Origin: Macrostomum lignano
Lineage: Eukaryota
Assembly: GCA_002269645.1 (NCBI GenBank)
Contig: NIVC01001281.1
Location: 62,001 to 126,000 of the forward strand
Direction: 5' to 3'
Length of the DNA stretch: 64,000 nucleotides
Positions 24,601 to 37,600 of the stretch are shown here, piece after piece. Position 1 is the first letter of the stretch; every line of letters starts with the position of its first letter. The notes beneath the pieces were generated by a model that saw only the letters and a program-made list of their open reading frames with translations, was not told the origin of the DNA and ran no database searches. Made by a program: the position numbers and the translations under genes.

Positions 24601-27600
24601 CACTTTTAATTAATTTGTTCTGTTGATAGAATAAGCTAATAGCTGCGTTTTCTGCTGTTTTTTAAAGAAAGATAGTCATATCTAACACTAAAGTATCAAT
24701 TAAGGCAGTTTCATTCTATATTAAAAAAGAAAAGTTAAATAAATTCAATTTTAAGTTTTTTTCAATAGCACAAAATTAACCTAACAAAGAGAGATTTCGC
24801 TGACTACAACAAAGCAAGTAGCACCAAAGTTATTTTAATTTAAAGTCCTCATCTGTGGGATGAGAAAAAGTACCACTTTTTTGTCTCTAGTTATGAAAAA
24901 AAAATTTCTCAGCATATTGTTAGGTTTTTTGGATGTTTTTTATGTACGCTCGTATTTAGATGAATTTTTGCTATTAATCACCCAATATGTTAGTCAGAAC
25001 AAACAGAATTTCATTTATGTAGATAAAATTGACTATTTTTCTCTTAAAAACAGTCGTTTTTTGTTGTTTTCACACAATTTTTTTAACTGATTTAAAATTT
25101 GTATTGTAAGTTACAAGTAAACATAATGAGTCAAAACAAGAGGTAGTAGAAACTGAAAAGAAAATAAGAGTAACGAATAATAAAAAAGTTGCATGATTTG
25201 ATTAGTCAAGAAATAGTATAAAAACAATTTTGCATCTGATTTATTATCTATGAAATTAGCTGTCTGAAGCACAAAAAATTAATTTCTTTGAAACATTAAA
25301 TTCATTCTCATATGTTCTGCAATTCATTAAAGATATATATGTAGCAACTTAAACATTCAGTTGATACTTTCCACCTTTGGATGCATATAGCTACTAACAA
25401 GAAAAAAGACAAAAGAAAAAACTTAATTGCCATTGATGCTGGCAATGTAATATTAAATATGGTACAGAAAGATGGAATCTCTACAGAGTGCTGCCACACG
25501 AATTTGTGAAGTGTTTAACAGATTAGTCATGGCAGTACCATAACAGACATACTATATTTTATATTACTCTTCGATTGACAATTACGCTTTAGATATGTTT
25601 TAGATGATGATTTTCCATTGGGACTGACTCTATATACCGAGGCCAGACACAGTTAAGTGCGGCTGACAGCACTGAAGCGGCGGTTAACAGAGAATGCGAT
25701 GAGCTGTGGCCTGTGGAGACAGCCAGCTGATGTACGAGCATCAGTAAAAGGGAAAGACATCCAATAGTGTCTTGCTATTGGTTTGTTACATGTACAGCGA
25801 ACATCTACTTTTATTCTAATGTGATCGATTTAATTCTACTGACCCAATTGGCTAAAGCACTGTAAACTGCACACCTCTCGGACGGATATGTAATGCCATT
25901 TGCTGCACTTTTACCTGTTTCTCTGCCAGAACACCAGCATCATTGTATGTGCCACAATGCTAAGATGTGCAGTGGTCCTTTGGATGTGGTTAGTTCTGCA
26001 GGCATCGACGTAATTTATCAAATGAGACGAATTGTATACCGAGCATGACAGCTAGTGCAGGGCCAGAATCGATTACAGAGGTTCGCCAGAGCAATTGCAG
26101 TGATCCATGTGGCTGCCGAGTCAGACGTCTGTAATAGGCTAATTAACTTACCAAGACCAAAGTATTTAATTTAAATTTATAAGCTGCTCTTTTAGTAGTT
26201 ATGCAGCATAAGAAAATAGTATAGTAAAATAGTAAAATAGTATTAAAGCTATGTTGCAGAATATAAATGCTTGCTGAATTATTTTTAAAAAAAACGCAAG
26301 TCTGTTCGAAAAAAGATACATGCATTTTAGGTTTTAAAAGAAATGGCTTCCTAGCTCGTTTACTATATATATTCTAATTCAAAAAAACTTTTAATGCTTT
26401 AAAAGACATATTTTGCAAGCCTAATTTTTAGCTAAACCAGTTTTGTATATTTTAAGCATCATATTTCGGTGTTTAAGTACAATATTAAATTCTTGAGTGG
26501 TACAATATCAATTATTTCGGGTGTTTCTTGTTACGCGATAATTTTAAATACAAGCAATTTATACGAAAAAAACAAAATGTTGATTTAAAAATAACATTTT
26601 CTATTGAAATAATACTTATTAAATAGTAAACATAGAATAAAAGATGTATCTAATTTATAAAAAAATAAAAGAAAACTTGCATTATTCCACAATTTTTGGT
26701 CGTTTTATTTTCCGTTGCGAAAAATAACAAATTGCTAGATTTCGTCTTAAATATTTGGTTTCTTGTGGTTTTAACGGCAGTTTTTTAATTAAATTGACGA
26801 AAGAATCGTTTTTGCAAAATAATTACTTTATTCAAAAACTTTTTTTTCTGTACCAAAACATCATGACCTTAATTTGAGAACTACCCTTTAACCTGTGAGG
26901 CACTACCGAATTCAAATTAGCTGCTAAATTTCCTCGAAGCACTTACGGGTTTAAACAAACTCTCCCAAAGGATGGGGCCGCACAAGAATGAATTGCTATC
27001 TCCTTGAGATTTCTGCGCATTAACTTTCACTTTTGTTTCCACAAAATAGACAATTAAATAAAGTAGAGCAGCTAAAATTCCCAGAATGGCCCGATTAGCA
27101 CAATTCTCGCTCAAGCCAAATTGTCTTATTAATGGTACAGTAGGCGACTTAGAAATCGTGACTGCGTAATGCGCCACAGCTGACACAGCATGAGTTTGTA
27201 CTTTCTCGGCAGAGTGTGCTTGGAGCTGAAGTAGGCTACCAAGATGGGGTGTCATGAGCTAGGGTGTCATGACGTCTTGAAAAGCCCTTTTTTTCCTCGA
27301 TTGCAGCATTGATTACACTCCATGTAGACAATGACCGGTTCAGTCGCTCTGTCAAGCCGTTAGCCTGTAGATAGCACAGACTGGTGCATGTATTTACGTG
27401 CAAGGATTCCCTGAATCCTGATCGGCCTGGAAGTCAGAGAATTCTTTGCCGAACTAAGGGCCTGTCGCGGAATACGCTGAAATTTACAAATATTTTCGTT
27501 TCGTATTGTACACTTTCACGTATTTTACACGCGTTGTAAACTGTCAAGATTCAATATTTTTGTTGTTTCATGCTACATGAATGCACAGTACTCTGTCTCT

Positions 27601-29052
27601 TGCCCCGGAGGCTTATATAAGCCTCTCTCTATTCTACCGACTTAAAAATTGTGCGATCGATCAGTACTGCAAGTTTTTAAAGAGAAATGTATATCGCGCA
27701 CTCGTCAGGGGCCTGCAGCTCTGCATCTCCGTCGCCCCTTGATGACGCTCGATCTTATGGCTATTCCCAAGGCGTTGTCGGATTCTGTTGCTATGGTGAG
27801 CTGGAGTGCACTCGGACCTGGAGTTTCGGGCAGGTGGACCATGCAGCAGTCAACTCCAATCCAGTATAGCAGACGCAGCGACGTAGTTGCCGGTTCCCGG
27901 CAGGTAGCACACGAGGAAGTCATACTGCAGCAGCCTGTCTCACCATGCACCTGTGGATCCGCAGTATGGCCTGTATATTTACCCCCAGCGCTAAAGGGTA
28001 CAAATACAGTAATTAAGAAATCAATAATTAGGAAACAAAGAGCTGGAGACCGTGACCAAATATACATATTAGGAGCGGGAAATCAAGAAGGGCAGACGGT
28101 ATAAAGACGGTCTCTGATGAGATTGTCTGCAATGGTGTACTCAGCAGAGTGAGTTGTGGTGCGGCCTGGGACTGTCGATGATCTTGCGTCACTGCTGGCT
28201 TGCCGCCCGCATTTTAGGAAGAGCATACAGCGCTTTGTGCTGCTTTGAGCTGGCATTGCGCTAGGTGAACCTACCCGCGCAGGGAGCTGGCAAATGGACC
28301 ACCTGGTCATGCAGGGCTCGTGTCAAACAAAGGGCAAGGAGCCCATGAGCCCAAAAGTCGGTGATCCTATTGGCTTTGGAGTGTGTTCGGCGCCCTAGTG
28401 ACATGCTCTCACCTGCTTATGCGAGGATTGCGCATGCGCAATCGATCTCCTGGGCAGCCCACAAATGGTCGACCCTACCTGCACTGATGGGTAGTTTAAT
28501 CCCGGCGGATGATGCCGGTCTCTGAGGGGCCGGACCTGGTCTACTAAGCGTGTTGGCGGTGCCAAGGCTATAGAAATAAAAATGAGTTTCGCAGTTCATG
28601 GACCACCCACACCCTCGCCCTAATTGATGGCACCCAATCTTTTTCGCTTCATTTTGGCTCCAGGCTCCCCGGCCATAGGGTCTGTTATCTTTGTAACGCA
28701 GTCCAGATAGGCGTTCCGAGGTGGCCCGAGCATACGCTCCCGGAAAACCTACCCCTATTCTTCAGCGGCAGAGCCCAACTAGGGCTGATCGACGCCTCAC
28801 GGCACCCTCGTTAAACAACAAATCAAGAAGAAAGCGGCTGTCATAGGAAAAACGGGCATCGGTTTGAGGTGCTTTAATTTCATTTCATGAATCTTGAAAC
28901 GCCTATTTATAAATCTTGACGAGAAATGCATATAGCGCTAGATAAATGTAAATGCATTTGAGCTTAAGCTAGGCGAGAGAGCTAAAAAGCTCTTGAAATT
29001 CGACGACACTTAACGACACTTGAAATGCTAACGGTGCATGCTATGTTGCACA

Positions 29053-29357
29053 GGGGGCTGTAGCCTAGTGGTTAGAGCGCCGGACTCACGACTGAAAGGT
29101 CAGGGGTTCGATTCCCGATCCCACTGGAACAATTTGTGTCCTTGAGCAAGACACTTAACTCTGCACTGCTTCAGTTCACCCAGCTGTAAAATGGGTGCCA
29201 GCATTAGCTGGGGTAACTGAGGGTGTGTGGCGACCCCCCAGTCTTTGGACTGAACAGCCGTACGCAGCCTTCAGATGCGCCGCGCAATAGCTGCGGCTGA
29301 GCTGTCCGTTGCACATCTGGCCCAATTGGGGCAGGTGTAAGCAGTTATTATTATATA
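29053..29357 (+). mobile_element. tRNA-derived SINE with a CORE (MIR-like) central domain
   Basis: A box tagcctagtgg 29061-29071; B box ggttcgattcc 29105-29115; then tttgtgtccttgagcaagacacttaac...cttcagttcacccagctgtaaaatggg, which resembles the MIR core; (tta)n tail. Confidence 0.8.
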
Positions 29358-30090
29358 CATGTAATTGCTGACGAGCAACGATTGCAATTAGATGTACATA
29401 CGATTTCGGACAGGTATCTAGAAAATGTTGATATGAAGTTATTTTGGACAAAAACTAGATCCAATGCAACTTTTGTTTTCATCCCCAATGACGCCGAACG
29501 AAAGATCCTGGCTGTACCCCTACCCTGCTCAAGGGAATTATTGATCGAAAAATCTTGCCTTTCATCGATTAAAGCGCTAACCGTATTTTTAGAGCTCAAT
29601 AAAAATATTATTTTTCTTCAGTTAGCGTCCGCAAGCAGTTCATGGCTAGCATACTTTTTAATCACACAGAAAATAAAATTCATGCATTAACCTTTAACTT
29701 GTCCCAGTACGTTCGATATAAGTGCACTATATTAATTTAGCGAATTTTCTTATAAACTTGGTGCTGAAAGCAAGAAAAATCTAATTGAATTTCATTTACA
29801 TTGTCCACATCGACGAAACACTTTGAAAACAATTTGGGGTAGAAGCGCTCTTCTAAACTACAAATATTTTAGGGGAAATCAGAGAGAATTTTCATTAAAA
29901 ACAAATAAAAGAAGCTTGCTGGGCTTGCAATAAACAATTATAGTCAGTTTTGTGCACAGTATTTGTAAGCACAATAAAACAAAAAATCAAGACCTATTTA
30001 TAAAGTAACTTTTGAGCAATTCCTCCAACGAAAGCGATATTTTTAAATAAATTATGATTAATAGTTGCTGCACGGGGTCAGGCCAGTTAA

Positions 30091-32646
30091 CTACTCAACC
30101 GAGCTGACCTGGTGAGCCTGCCTGTACTGCTCGCTCTTGGCCATGTGCCTTGCCAGCTGCAGGGCTCCGCTGTAACTCCAGCGCAAGGCCGGCTCCTCAG
30201 CATCCGCGCCCGGGCGCAGCTCCAGCTTCAGGTTGAGGCGGTTTCGCGCGATCCTGTCGGCCAGATCAGCTCGAGCTGTAGCAGCTACCTGGATGATGGC
30301 CAGGTAAGATAAGATGTGCGACAACTTTGCTACTGGCACCGTTCCAGGCGTGGTAACTTCGCGTTCCGCGGCGGCTGCCGCTTCAAGGAACAGCCTCCTA
30401 GACAAATGGTCGAATGCGTTCTCGCAAACCGTCTCTGAAACGGCCATAAATTCCCGCTCGGACATGTAGCCAAACTCGGCCATTGGAGACTGTTGGCACT
30501 TGGACTCCATCTCAAGAAAGTAGGGGTCTCTGTAGCGCAGCAGCATGTACAGGATGTAGTTGTACACCGATCGTCGGCTAACGCGATTCTCGCAATACGA
30601 AACGAAGCCAATTTGAAAAGTTTCGACGTCGTCCTCAAGCATAAATGGAAATGCCGCCAGCACAAACTCTCGAAAGTCTTCCGAGTGGCGAAAGTCGACC
30701 TGGTTGACCAAGTCGATCAGCACGAGGAAGTAGCGGAAAGCGGCTCCGTCTAGGTTGTTGCACAACATGTGACTGAACATCCGCAAATGGTCGTCTGTTT
30801 CGGCGTGGCTCTCCAAACTGGTAAAGAAGTCGTGCGCGGCCAGAAACACCACATCCTCCTGCATGTAACGCGAATAGAGGAACTCATAGAAGTTGTCAAG
30901 CACGGAGTAGCCCTCCTCGTCGTCCGGAGTGTACTCGTCATCCCACAGACAAGTCGCGTAGAACTGCTCGATTAGCGACTCAATCAAGCTCTTCGGCTGC
31001 TTGATCGGATGATGTCGCACAATGTCAGTGCGGGCGTGATAGTCGTCCCATACCCGCGAAAACTTGTTAACAAATCTCGTGTCTTTTTCGTCTGGCTCGC
31101 CACTCTTGCCGGTCTCGGTAGTGAGGCCGGTGTTGAAGCTGGTCCGGCTTTCGTCGCGAATTCCCTGCTGCTTTGGCAGTGGAGGCAGGCCCGACTTGCG
31201 CTCAAGCATGCGCATCTCCTGTAGATTCTGGCGCAGGACTTCCTGGTTAACTTTCACCTCGGGACGATTGAGACGAAGGTGGCTAGCATTGGTTGGCAGC
31301 GGCAGTACGATCTCGCGGCCTCGAAGTTTGTGGGGACAGACGGTGGTCTTCTCGAAGCACTGATGACAGTAGTTTGAGCCACCAAACTCGCTGAAAGTTT
31401 TTCCACCGTTGGTAGAGACGAACAACATTAAGGAGTATTTGCTGAACACGCGCTCATTAACTACAAATGGATCGCCAGGCACATAGTCATCGTTGCTAGG
31501 GTCGCCTGCATTGCTGATGGTCTTCAGCAAGTCAAGCACGGAGTCCCCGTCTCGTTCATTTGCCTTAACCATGCCAAGCAGTTGCTCCTCCAGCATCACC
31601 TGGTGCTTGGTGAGTAGGTTCATCTCGTTGTCAATGCGTTCAATATTCTCTAGGAATCGTTTCTGATTCACAATCAGCTGCTGGTCGGCAGTTTCCGCTT
31701 CAAAATTTCGAATCGACGATGGATCTGTGCTCACAGTGGATGGTCTGCCGTCCGCTTCTCGATTTTCTTCGCTACTGATGCTCGCTTTGTGCTTCTCTAA
31801 GAAGCCATCAAACTCTTGTATAAGAAGGTTTTGTCCCTTCAGCAGCTGATCTTGGAGCTTCACGGCAGCTTTGATGTCGGCAATCAACTTTTCTTTTTGA
31901 GACAAAGGCTTCGGCTTCTGACTCTCCGACTTCTTGTCCTCGTAGGCTCGCAGCCCGATGTTCTGAAATTCGATTTGCATCTTGTCGTAGCCCTCTTTGT
32001 ACGGCTTGCAGAGATCGCGATCCGCTGTAACCAGGCGCAGTTCCTCTTGCAAGTCCTGATAGTCAAACTTCATCTCTTGGATTTCCTTCTCTGTAGACTG
32101 CTGGTATAGTTCAAATTCTTTCTGAATCAGCGCCTTGTCTTCCTCCAGGAATCGAATTTCGCCCATTAGTTTTGTCATTGTTTCATCCCTCTCGTTAATT
32201 TCACAAGCCAGTTCATCATTCTTCATGAGCTGCTCTTCAAAGCTTTGCTGCTTTTCGAAAAGTTTCTTCTCCATGCTTGAAACGCTCTCTTTGTAGTCAT
32301 CCTCTTTGTATTTCGCCTCCTTAAACAGCCGCTTGACCTCTTCCATGTGCGGAATTCGTTTAATTTCAGCTGAGTCCTTTGTAATTCCCGGATGAATCGA
32401 GTCCGAGAACACTGCCTCAACCATCTCTTTCCGAAGTTCTACAAAAAGTTCTTTAAAGACACCGAGCTGGCCAAGAACTTCATCAAGAACTTTGAACATG
32501 ATGTAGATTCGCTTTGGACCAACGCATTCTTCGCCCGATGTCAAAATCAAAGTCTGGTACTTGGAAACCAAGCTTTGCTTATCGCTCAAGCTTTTTTCAA
32601 CATTAAGTGGCCGGAAGAGTGGCTCCTTGTCCACATTTAGAGCCAT
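30091..32646 (-). CDS. Intronless 851-aa coiled-coil protein, tentatively TSNAXIP1-like
   Basis: Long ATG-to-stop ORF with genic composition. Contains an N-terminal helical segment (RIYIMFKVLDEVL...ELRKEM), a coiled coil, a CHQC...CPH motif and a helical C-terminal region (FYEFLYSRY...MFSHMLCNNLD). The family assignment is from recalled resemblance only. Confidence 0.85.
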   Translation of the reverse strand: MALNVDKEPLFRPLNVEKSLSDKQSLVSKYQTLILTSGEECVGPKRIYIMFKVLDEVLGQLGVFKELFVELRKEMVEAVFSDSIHPGITKDSAEIKRIPHMEEVKRLFKEAKYKEDDYKESVSSMEKKLFEKQQSFEEQLMKNDELACEINERDETMTKLMGEIRFLEEDKALIQKEFELYQQSTEKEIQEMKFDYQDLQEELRLVTADRDLCKPYKEGYDKMQIEFQNIGLRAYEDKKSESQKPKPLSQKEKLIADIKAAVKLQDQLLKGQNLLIQEFDGFLEKHKASISSEENREADGRPSTVSTDPSSIRNFEAETADQQLIVNQKRFLENIERIDNEMNLLTKHQVMLEEQLLGMVKANERDGDSVLDLLKTISNAGDPSNDDYVPGDPFVVNERVFSKYSLMLFVSTNGGKTFSEFGGSNYCHQCFEKTTVCPHKLRGREIVLPLPTNASHLRLNRPEVKVNQEVLRQNLQEMRMLERKSGLPPLPKQQGIRDESRTSFNTGLTTETGKSGEPDEKDTRFVNKFSRVWDDYHARTDIVRHHPIKQPKSLIESLIEQFYATCLWDDEYTPDDEEGYSVLDNFYEFLYSRYMQEDVVFLAAHDFFTSLESHAETDDHLRMFSHMLCNNLDGAAFRYFLVLIDLVNQVDFRHSEDFREFVLAAFPFMLEDDVETFQIGFVSYCENRVSRRSVYNYILYMLLRYRDPYFLEMESKCQQSPMAEFGYMSEREFMAVSETVCENAFDHLSRRLFLEAAAAAEREVTTPGTVPVAKLSHILSYLAIIQVAATARADLADRIARNRLNLKLELRPGADAEEPALRWSYSGALQLARHMAKSEQYRQAHQVSSVE

Positions 32647-34694
32647 GATCTGAAATTTTTGACGTTTGAAAAGTTACTTTAGAGCAAGCATAAATATCCC
32701 TTTGTTCAAAATTCATCACTAAAAAGGATTTACATAGTAATACAATTTTTATGAGATAATGAATTTTAAAGTGGCACCCAAAAAGCAAGCAATATTTAAT
32801 TGGTATAAAAAAATCTGAAATAAAGCATGCAGTTTTTTACTTGCTATGAAGTTATTTTGGGTTGAATAAACCTAAAAGGACTTTAAACAACATAATATTA
32901 AACCCTAAAATTAAAAAATTACACTCCCTGTGTTAACTCCAAAGAAAAAGTGTTAATATATTTATATAACTAAAATTAATCTTTAAAAAATGTAAAATCA
33001 TTTTCATTGTATTTAAAGTACAGTTTTTTATGTCAGAGCCCTCTGTTTAAATAAACGAACATATCTATATTCGAGCTATCATATTGCGACAGTATTGATT
33101 GCACTAATGCTTGTTAGGAAAACATCTACATTAAACGTGGTATCTTAGTAAAACATACAATGTTATTAATGTCTTTTTAATTCCAAAAAGTGTTCTGAAG
33201 GTGTTAAGCCTTCGCTTTCTAAATATTTATATTAAAAATCATTGTGCCATACGTTTTGCTTTGGCAACGAGGATTCACTGATAATAAGTTACATTTAAAG
33301 GGGGTGAAAATGAAGCAGTTACATTAAAGGCAAATCGAAATCAGCTGCAAGAATAGTACCGGCATAGTAAAAATACAAATATTTATGATGGGCGAACTAA
33401 AATATATTTTAAATTTATTGGTTAATCTAGGCTAAATGTAGAGTATTAATTATGCTATGTAGCAGTAGGCAGTAGCTGTCGATTTAGTTTCCAAGTAAAA
33501 AAGATCCACAAAAAGCCAATTTAAAAAGTAAGTCGGTGTTAATGCTGACAATTGGCGGACTGTTGTGTTAAACAAATCCGTGTATTAAATTAGTATATGG
33601 TTCTCTAAATAGCCTCTTATTTTGAGAAAAATTTAGGCATAAATACTTTTTCTTTACTAATGCATGGTCAAATAGTATAGTGAAAATACAAATATTTATG
33701 TTTCACCACCAAAATTAAATTTTCACTTACATCTTACTTCCGCGAAATTTTAATGTCCGAGAAATTTTTAGTTATTTGAATTCAACTCTCTTTCAGTGTA
33801 AAACAGGTTACTGCATTTCCGATTGCAGTTCTCGTAATACTATTTTTAGTAAATAGCCACAAAAATTTGAGCGATTGAATTCATTCCATCGTCTTTATCA
33901 TACCTCAAAAGTTTGCACAGCAGAATGAGAAATCAAAAGAAACAAAAAACTAAGTTGTTATACAGATCCCTTGGTTCCCAAATATGCAATAGGTGCGAAA
34001 GTACACTTCCTCTAATAAAGTAGAAGCAAAAAGTAAATTATAGCCTACATTATTATGTGTAACAAAAATGGTTTAACTAGTTTCTATTATATCCAATTTT
34101 TTTTAATTTTTTATTTCATCATATATACTTTGCCTACTTAAAGTACTTAATTTAAGTCCCTAGCAGCACTCCAAAATTTTGGAAGAAACTGTGAATTTTA
34201 GCATTCTGTATTGATAGTTAATTGTGGTCTTCCCAACAACAAACAAATAATTTTATAAAAATGAGCAGGAAATAGTATTTCCTAATTTATTTACCTAACT
34301 AACAAACATCTTTTAAAGTTTCCTTTCTCCAGAAACACTTTTTTGAGTTAGTTTATGTAATTAAAAATTTAAAAGCTTATAGATGCTAGGAATAAATGAT
34401 TGTATGGCTTTTCCACTTATAAATAGGCTTTTTGTTTGTTTTTAACTACTATATAAGCCAATAAAATTAGTTTTTAAAATAGTTGTTAGTAAGTTTTATC
34501 ACTTCTTAGATTAAACACTATAAGATTGATAAGTTATACTCTGAACACACTTTCATGTGGGAGGTTTCATAATTTGAATCTTATATTTCAACAAAACTGA
34601 GTGCCTTTGTACAAGGGCTGCAGAAAACTTCAACCAGACTAGTAATTAAGACAGCCAAGTGCACACAAAACAGCTAGCTGTGTTACTCCCAGAC

Positions 34695-37600
34695 ATGCCA
34701 CCGCCACCACCGCCGCCCAAGCCACCAAAGCCGCCGAAGCCTTCAAAGCTTCGGGCTTCAAAGTCGGCCCGAAACCTCGGCGAGCTGAGCGAGCGCCTCG
34801 AGCAGCACTTCGAAGGCGAGCCGGAGGTGCATGAGCTGTCCAACTTTCTTCAAGGCGGCGACCTGCGCAGCTTGTTGGCCATGCACGACAGCCTCAAGCG
34901 GCTTCAGAAGCAGCGCCGCAAGGCCGGACCCGACAGCGAAGCGTTTCCAGGTAAGGAAGATGACGATTTGTTTGATTTTATTTTTGAATTTGATTTTTTA
35001 GTCATTCTAGCCCAGCAAGAGTCAGTCGCGTATCTTAAGTATCCAAGAGACAGTGACGCCCAGCAAGAGACGGTGGCGCCCAGCAAGAGACAGTGACGCC
35101 CAGCAAGAGTTAGTGGCGTCCACTAAGAGACAGGGGCGCCCAGCAAGAGACAGTGGCGCCCACCAAGAGACAGGAGCGCCCACAAAGAGACAGTGACGCC
35201 CAGCAAGAGTTAGTGGCGTCCACTAAGAGACAGGGGCGCCCAGCAAGAGACAGTGGCGCCCACCAAGAGACGGTAGCGCCCAGCAAGAGTCAGTGGTGCC
35301 CAGCAAAAGTCAGTGGCGCCCAGCAAGAGACGGTGGCGCCCAGCAAGAGTCAGTGGCGCCCAGCAAGAGACGGTGGCGCCCAGCAAGAGTCAGTGGTGCC
35401 CAGCAAGAGTCAGTGGCGCCCACCAAGAGACAGGGGCGCCCTCCAAGAGACAGTGGCGCCCCAAAAACACGTCCTGAGGATTGGCGCCCATCCACCCAAA
35501 GCAGATTCTGTGTACGCCACCTAGGGAAGATTGCGACTAATTTAAAGCTCACATTCCATTCATCCACCGCAGGCGTATCGCAGACTGAGTACGTGCGCTC
35601 GCTGCACGACACCCTGGAGCAGCTGGAGACTGTCGCGGCCACAGACGACGAAGCCAACGACCTCTACGAGTTGCTGGCCTCCGGCCGGCTCAACACCTTC
35701 GTTGAAGCTCTAGAAGACATCGGGCACCGGAACTACGAGGGCGACCGGTTGAGGAAGGCGCGAAACGCCGAGAACGACGAAGTCGCCGCCGCCTCGGCCG
35801 GCCTGCACGAGTCGGCGGTCGGCGGAGCTTTGGCCGAGTCGCCTGGGCCGCTGTCTGGCCGGGCAGCTTCGGCTGCGACCCCCGTCTTCTCCGACGGCAA
35901 CGACGACGACGCGTTTGGCGCGGCGCAAACACTGCAGCCGCAGCCGACAGGCGACCCCATGATGGACGATCTGGACGAGTTCGACAGGCCTCAGAAGATG
36001 GTCGCCTTTGCCAAGGTTTGTAGGCAGGGCTGCCGTCTCTTTGCCAGAGCATCTGCTGACATTGTTTCCCGCTTTCATCTGATCTAGGCATTTTTCTCTG
36101 TCTTGACCTCCCCTCCTCTCCCTTTGTGTGACTTGACCTCCCCTCCTCTCCCTTTGTGTGACTTGACCTCCCCTCCTCTCCCTTTGTGTGACTTGACCTC
36201 CCTCCTCTCCCTTTGTGTGACTTGACCTCCCCTCCTCTCCCTTTCTGTGACTTGACCTCCCTCCTCCCCTTCCTTTTGTGTGACTTGACCTCCCCATCTC
36301 TCTGTGACTTGACCTCCCCATCTCTCTGTGACTTGACCTCCCCATCTCTCTGTGACTTGACCTCCCCATCTCTCTGTGACTTGACCTTCCCATCTCTCTG
36401 TGACTTGACCTCCCCATCTCTCTGTGACTTGACCTTCCCATCTCTCTGTGACTTGACCTCCCCATCTCTCTGTAACTTGACCTCCCCATCTCTCTGTGAC
36501 TTGACCTCCCCATCTCTCTGTTGCTTGACCTCCCCATCTCTCTGTGACTTGACCTCCCCATCTCTCTGTGACTTGACCTCCCCATCTCTCTGTGACTTGA
36601 CCTCCCCATCTCTCTGTTGCTTGACCACCCCATCTCTCTGTGACTTGACCTCCCCATCTCTCTGTGACTTGACCTTCCCATCTCTCTGTGACTTGACCTC
36701 CCCATCTCTCTGTTGCTTGACCACCCCATCTCTCTGTGACTTGACCTTCCCATCTCTCTGTGACTTGACCTCCCCATCTCTCTGTGACTTGACCTCCCCA
36801 TCTCTGTGATTTGGCCTCCCGTCCCAATTTAAATCTACATTTACGAGCGTACAACCTTCTCTGCCTTCCCTTCCGGCTTTCAACCCAAGACTCGCTGATA
36901 AACTTCCAATGACGCGCATTTTCTCCTCCCCCCGCACTCTCTCCGTCTGCCTCATCGCGCCCAGATGCCCGGCGAAGACCTCGGCATCACAGTCGGCACC
37001 ATCGAGTGGTACGACGACAACACAGGCCAGAGCGGCCTGGACATTGTTGTCGAACGTATCATGGCCGGCTCGCGTATAGAGCAGCAGGGCGTGCTCAAGC
37101 CCTATGACGTCATCAAAGAGGTGAACGGCATTCCGATTGACTCGCCAGAGAAGCTGCAGCAGGTGATGCGCAAGGCCAGCGGCAATGTCACCCTCAAGGT
37201 GCGCTCCGGATTCTATGAGGCCGGCAAGGGCAGCCAGGTGAGTTCTTAACGACTTCTGCTTCTGCGGGAGAATCTGCAATACTGATGGATAGATTAGCAA
37301 TCCACTCCAATCCTTCATTCCTGGGATACTGGTAGATTAGCAATCCACTCTAATCCTGCACTTGTGAAATAGATTAGAAATCCACTCTAATCCTGCATTC
37401 CTGGGATAGATTAGCAATCCATAAGTCAAAGTAGTTCAATAATAAGAATCCAACATGACAGCCTAGTACTAATTTGAAAAACCGATTCCAGGAAACATTC
37501 GTAAGTATTTTATAAAGAAATATTATGCACTTGCCGTTGTATTTTATTGTTGTTGTGTCAACAAATTTTCTTTTGTTGTCAAACCCGCTTTCTGTAGTTT

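Noticed and set aside
25500-26140. GC-richer island, possibly a decayed coding sequence
   Set aside because: The frames I translated contain stops and no motif I recognise.
27250-28860. Solo LTR (TGTCA start, palindromic ggcttatataagcc TATA, AATAAA at about 28576)
   Set aside because: No matching TSD was found for the candidate TGACA end and no second copy is present; left as an unresolved GC-rich island.
29053-29125. Functional tRNA gene
   Set aside because: The anticodon and acceptor stems do not pair properly, and the sequence continues into a SINE core and tail.
35690-37318. Long minus-strand ORFs (542, 363 and 256 aa)
   Set aside because: They are the antisense of MPP exons plus the 24-bp intronic array.
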